Assembly: GCA_963727005.1 (NCBI GenBank)
Contig: CAVSEO010000001.1
Coordinates: forward strand, 13,085-77,084
DNA: 64,000 bases
Direction of reading: 5' to 3'
DNA from: an uncultured Chloroflexia bacterium
Lineage (GTDB): Bacteria; Chloroflexota; Limnocylindria; Limnocylindrales; CSP1-4
Below the pieces are notes generated by a model. The model did not search any database, had not been told where the DNA came from, and saw nothing but the letters and a program-made list of their open reading frames with translations. The position numbers and the translations under genes were made by a program. Shown here one piece after another: positions 60,378 through 64,000 of this stretch; the stretch's first letter is position 1; each line of letters starts with the position of its first letter.

Positions 60378-60842
60378 CGGATCCTCCTCTTTCGTGGCAG
60401 ACCAGTAGTCGGGCTAGGGCTAGATGGCGTCGGGCGGCACCGCGCGTCCGATTTCGAGGTCGGACTTTACGGCCAACGCGCCCCCAGAAGATGCACAGGG
60501 CCGATTTGTTGCGCCCGGTGTGCAACCGTCGCGGCAGGCGGAAGGGGGGACCGGCGTACCAGCTGAAAGGGCGGGAACAATCCCGTCTGAACGAGTAGTC
60601 AGGCGCCACCCCTGAGGGTCGGCCACGACGGGCAGGTCAGATTCCCCGAACCGGGCACCCGGGGATACGCACGCTCCCACCCCAATGGAGCGGCCCTTCT
60701 GGACGGTAGCGGAGGCCGGATGGGGCGAGGCATACTCAGTCGGTTCGAGCCCCGTGGGCATCCGCTGCCGCATGCGGATTCAGGGGTACCGTCGCCTCGA
60801 CCACCCAGCCCGTCAGCACCGCAACGCCATTGGAGCTTCCAC

Positions 60843-62405
60843 ATGTCCAGCTTCCGACCCGGACGGAGGACCCGAGCCCTGCCGCAGATCGCCCGCCTGG
60901 TTGCGGTCGCGTCTGTCGTGGCTCTGATCGTGGCGTTCACGTCTTCCGCGAACGCGGCCACGTCGGTTTCGCTCAAGCCGGTCGCCGACTCCTGGGTCAA
61001 TGCCCAGAGCCCTGGAACGAATTACGGCTCCAGCACCTCCCTTCGCCTCGATGGCTCGCCGGTCTGGAAGGCCTACCTCCGTTTTGACATGGGCTCGACC
61101 CTCGGAACGATCACCGGCGCCTCGCTGAAGCTCTACCCCAACAGCTCCAGCAAGGCGGGCCTGTCGGTCCATCGAGTCGCAAGCACGACCTGGTCGGAAA
61201 GCTCCGTCACGGCCGCAAGCGCGCCCGCCATCGACGCGGCAGCCGTTTCCTCCGGTCCGCTGACGGCCGGACGCGCCGCCAGCATCGACGTCGGTGCGCT
61301 GGTCAGCGGCAACGGTCTCGTGAGTCTCGCCCTGACGGACAACGACGCCACCGCGATCAACCTGGCCAGTCGCGAGTCGTCGCACCCGCCCCTTCTTGTC
61401 CTGACCGTGGTTTCCTCCACTCCCACCCCGACCCCGACCCGACTCCGACGCCGACGCCAACCCCGACTCCAACGCCGACCCCGACTCCCACCCCGACGCC
61501 AACCCCGACTCCGACCCCAACGCCAACCCCGACGCCGACTCCGACCCCCACGCCTACCCCGACCCCCGACGCCCACTCCGACCCCGACCGCGCCTTCAGG
61601 CGGTCCGGTGAGGGCCGCTTTCTACTACCCGTGGTTCCCGGAGGCCTGGAACCAATCCGGCCTGGACCCGTTCACGCACTACCATCCTTCGGCCGGCTTC
61701 TACGACGGCTCGAACAAGTCGATCGTCGCCCAGCAGATCCAGGCAATGCAGTACGGCAAGATCAGCGTGGGTATCGCCTCCTGGTGGGGCCAGGGCTCGG
61801 CGACCGACGCCAGGTTCCCAACCCTGCTTTCCGTGGCCGCCGGGACCGGCTTCCACTGGGCTTTCTACTACGAGCCCGAAGGCACGACCGACCCCTCGCC
61901 AAGCCAGATCGCCTCGGACCTCGCCTACATCAATAGCCGGTACGCCTCGGACCCGAGCGTGTACAAGATCAACGGACGCCCCGTCGTCTTCGTCTATGCC
62001 GGGCCCTCGGACGGCTGCGGGATGGCGAGTCGATGGGCCCAGGGCAACGCTTCGGCCCAGGACTACATCGTCCTGAAGGTCTTCGCCGGCTACCTGGGCT
62101 GCGCCGACCAGCCGAACAGCTGGCATCAGTACTCGCCGGCCGTGGCCGAAGACCACCAGGCCGGCCGCAGCTTCAGCATCAGCCCCGGGTTCTGGCTCGC
62201 GACGGGCAGCGTGCGACTGGCCCGAGACCTGACTCGCTGGCAGGCCGATATCCGGGCCATGGTTGCCTCGGGTGAGCCGTGGCAGCTTGTCACCACCTTC
62301 AATGAATGGGGCGAGGGGACCGCCGTGGAGAGCGCCACGGAATGGGCCAGTGCCTCGGGCTACGGGTCTTACCTGGACGCGCTCCACAACGACGGGGCGC
62401 CGTAG
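60843..62405 (+). CDS. secreted DNRLRE-domain, (Pro-Thr)n linker, GH99-like domain protein; two compensating frameshifts as assembled inside the linker
   Basis: Signal peptide [26 protein letters not shown]-type domain ([28 protein letters not shown]...AYLRFD). The linker reads TPTPTPT then [14 protein letters not shown]... (out-of-frame PT repeat) then TPTPTPT. C-terminal part has [44 protein letters not shown]. Confidence 0.8.
   Translation: MSSFRPGRRTRALPQIARLVAVASVVALIVAFTSSANAATSVSLKPVADSWVNAQSPGTNYGSSTSLRLDGSPVWKAYLRFDMGSTLGTITGASLKLYPNSSSKAGLSVHRVASTTWSESSVTAASAPAIDAAAVSSGPLTAGRAASIDVGALVSGNGLVSLALTDNDATAINLASRESSHPPLLVLTVVSSTPTPTPTRLRRRRQPRLQRRPRLPPRRQPRLRPQRQPRRRLRPPRLPRPPTPTPTPTAPSGGPVRAAFYYPWFPEAWNQSGLDPFTHYHPSAGFYDGSNKSIVAQQIQAMQYGKISVGIASWWGQGSATDARFPTLLSVAAGTGFHWAFYYEPEGTTDPSPSQIASDLAYINSRYASDPSVYKINGRPVVFVYAGPSDGCGMASRWAQGNASAQDYIVLKVFAGYLGCADQPNSWHQYSPAVAEDHQAGRSFSISPGFWLATGSVRLARDLTRWQADIRAMVASGEPWQLVTTFNEWGEGTAVESATEWASASGYGSYLDALHNDGAP
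61419..61589 (+). repeat. (CCGACN)n microsatellite-like array encoding a (Pro-Thr)n linker
   Basis: About 170 nt of ACC/ACG/ACT-CCG/CCC/CCA alternation. Antisense ORFs translate to GVGVGV. Confidence 0.9.
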
Positions 62406-62549
62406 GTCCGCACCATGGATCGGTGTAACCACCAGGTAGAACGGCCTACTAAATAGTCACTACTTCACTGCACTATCCCGCTTGGCACCACGACGCCACC
62501 TTCCTTCTCGCCGGGCAGTCGTGCCGTCCAGCCAAAGGGGAAGCACGCA

Positions 62550-64000
62550 ATGCGAAGAGTCGAAGCCGGGCCGGTCCCGAGCGCGCGCTCGATTGTGCCG
62601 TTCGGCCGGAACGCCCGGCTCCGGTGGGCTCGCAGGACCAAGGCAATGCTGGTGGTGGCCTTCGCGCTGACATGGCTCGTGACGTTCCCGTCCGTGATGC
62701 GCCAGGTGGCCGCGGCCTCCGATCCCGTGATCGCCGCCGCCGGCGACATCGCCTGCGATCCGAACGACTCGCATTTCAACAACGGCATCGGTAGCGGTAG
62801 CGGCTCGCAGGACACCTGCCGGCAGGGTGCCGTCTCCAACCTGCTGGTCGGCGGCGGCTACAGCGCCGTCCTCTCGCTGGGTGACAACCAGTACTACTGC
62901 GGCAGCCTCGCGGCATTCCAGGCTTCCTACGACGCGAGCTGGGGGCGTGTCAAGGCGATCACCCACCCGGTTGTCGGCAACCACGAGTACCTGACCAGCG
63001 GGGCTGTCGACTGCACAACCGCGAACGCGAATGCCGCGGGTTACTTCGCCTATTTCGGGGCTGCGGCAGGCAGCCAGGGCGCGGGTTACTACAGCTATGA
63101 CCTCGGCGCGTGGCACCTGATCGCGATCAACTCGAACTGCTCGAGTGCCGGCGGCTGCTCGGCCACTTCGGCCCAGGGCAAGTGGCTGGCCGCCGACCTG
63201 GCCGCGCACCAGAACCAGTGCATCCTGGCCTACTGGCACATTCCGCTATTCAGCTCCGGTGGCCGGGCCAACAACAACACGAAGTCGATCTGGACGCAGC
63301 TGTACGCGGCTCACGCCGACCTGGTCCTCGACGGCCACGACCACATCTACGAGCGGTTTGCCCCTCAGACGCCGGCCGGCGTTGCGGACCCCGTCAACGG
63401 AATCACCGAGATCACCGTTGGCACGGGCGGCGCGAACCACACCTCGATCGCCGCGGTGGCGGCCAATAGCGTCGTTCGCGATACGACGTCGTTCGGCGTT
63501 CTCCGGCTGACTCTCCACAGCGGCAGCTACAACTGGCAGTTCCTCCCGGTGGACGGCAGCTTCACCGACAGCGGGTCGGGCACTTGCCACAACGTCTCGG
63601 GGGCCCCGACGCCGACCCCGACGCCCAACGCCGACGCCAACCCCGACCCCGACGCCCACCCCGACGCCAACCCCGACCCCGACGCCGACGCCGACCCCGA
63701 CACCAACCCCGACCCCAACGCCAACCCCAACCCCGACGCCGACGCCGACCCCGACACCAACCCCGACCCCAACGCCAACCCCGACCCCAACGCCAACCCC
63801 GACGCCAACCCCGACCCCGACCCCAACGCCAACCCCGACCCCAACGCCGACCCCGACGCCGACACCCACGCCGACCCCCACCCCGACGCCAACGCCGACA
63901 CCGACGCCGACCCCCACACCGACACCGACGCCGACACCCACACCCACACCGACGCCAACCCCAACACCCACACCGACGCCAACCCCAACACCCACGCCGA
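62550..64000 (+). CDS. secreted calcineurin-like metallophosphoesterase with very long (Pro-Thr)n C-terminal linker; open at the window end
   Basis: Absent from the track because there is no stop before position 64000. My translation from ATG 62550 (RBS AAAGGGGA) gives a signal anchor MLVVAFALTWLVTF, then AAGDIACD, LSLGDNQYY, VVGNHEY, ILAYWHIPLFS, LDGHDHIYERF, VGTGGANH. From 63606 it reads APTPTPTP, then the out-of-frame reading NADANPDPDAHPD.... Confidence 0.85.
   Translation, partial: MRRVEAGPVPSARSIVPFGRNARLRWARRTKAMLVVAFALTWLVTFPSVMRQVAAASDPVIAAAGDIACDPNDSHFNNGIGSGSGSQDTCRQGAVSNLLVGGGYSAVLSLGDNQYYCGSLAAFQASYDASWGRVKAITHPVVGNHEYLTSGAVDCTTANANAAGYFAYFGAAAGSQGAGYYSYDLGAWHLIAINSNCSSAGGCSATSAQGKWLAADLAAHQNQCILAYWHIPLFSSGGRANNNTKSIWTQLYAAHADLVLDGHDHIYERFAPQTPAGVADPVNGITEITVGTGGANHTSIAAVAANSVVRDTTSFGVLRLTLHSGSYNWQFLPVDGSFTDSGSGTCHNVSGAPTPTPTPNADANPDPDAHPDANPDPDADADPDTNPDPNANPNPDADADPDTNPDPNANPDPNANPDANPDPDPNANPDPNADPDADTHADPHPDANADTDADPHTDTDADTHTHTDANPNTHTDANPNTHA
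63606..64000 (+). repeat. (CCGACN)n array of at least 395 nt encoding a (Pro-Thr)n linker, truncated by the window end
   Basis: Continuous ccgac[g/c]cc[a/g]ac... periodicity to the last base. Source of the 249-aa GVGVGV antisense ORF 63246..63995. Confidence 0.9.

Noticed and set aside
59497-60609. The first 371 codons of the 1577-aa ORF 55876..60609
   Set aside because: This part overlaps the well-supported GT2 gene (59619..60377) in another frame and crosses the 122-nt spacer. It translates to Arg/Gly/Pro junk. The credible protein starts at ATG 59496 (MKVLTRQ...).
63246-63995. 249-aa ORF encoding (GV)n, plus similar ORFs at 61357..61551, 63527..63991 and 48090..48341
   Set aside because: These are antisense or out-of-frame readings of the (Pro-Thr)n coding microsatellites and have no independent coding signal.
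61419-64000. Possibility that the short-period repeats are CRISPR arrays or non-coding satellites
   Set aside because: The period is 6-12 nt with no unique spacers of about 30 nt. The repeats lie in frame between two folded domains of secreted proteins, so they are coding linkers. No cas genes are present in the window.

Overview
Very GC-rich bacterial chromosomal fragment. No rRNA, tRNA, CRISPR array, transposase, integrase or prophage gene was recognised. Gene content (LmbE/PIG-L deacetylase, F420-type LLM oxidoreductase, Ppm1-like GT2, abundant Pro/Thr linkers) suggests an Actinomycetota- or Chloroflexota-like organism; this is inference only. Positions 1-46 kb are mostly housekeeping: pntAA-pntAB-pntB, a TPP-riboswitch-controlled thiD-thiM-thiE-thiL-cytX operon, cydAB, dapB-dapA-dapD-lysA, metY and metX, and a glpA-like/Fe-S/ApbA-like/plsY glycerol-3-phosphate cluster. 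This part also holds a WYL regulator next to a SAMHD1-like HD hydrolase, a standalone 671-aa TPR protein, and a MarR plus two-gene ABC exporter unit. Positions 46-64 kb look accessory: a glyco/phospho cell-envelope island. It has a Ppm1/GtrB-like GT2 and one 1206-codon ORF fusing a GtrA-like module, an HprK-like P-loop kinase domain and a GT-C (ArnT/PMT-like) glycosyltransferase. It also has three GH99-like paralogues, three secreted phosphoesterases of two folds, and beta-sandwich proteins, most carrying Pro/Thr linkers up to at least 130 codons long. That fusion and its island are my top candidate for an undescribed system. Major caveat: as assembled, roughly 25 genes need one or more reading-frame changes to give their conserved protein, often at short G/C runs. 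There is an extreme hotspot at 42.3-44.3 kb. This looks more like consensus indel error than biology and limits every architecture claim. Many long ORFs in the track are GC-driven antisense artefacts.
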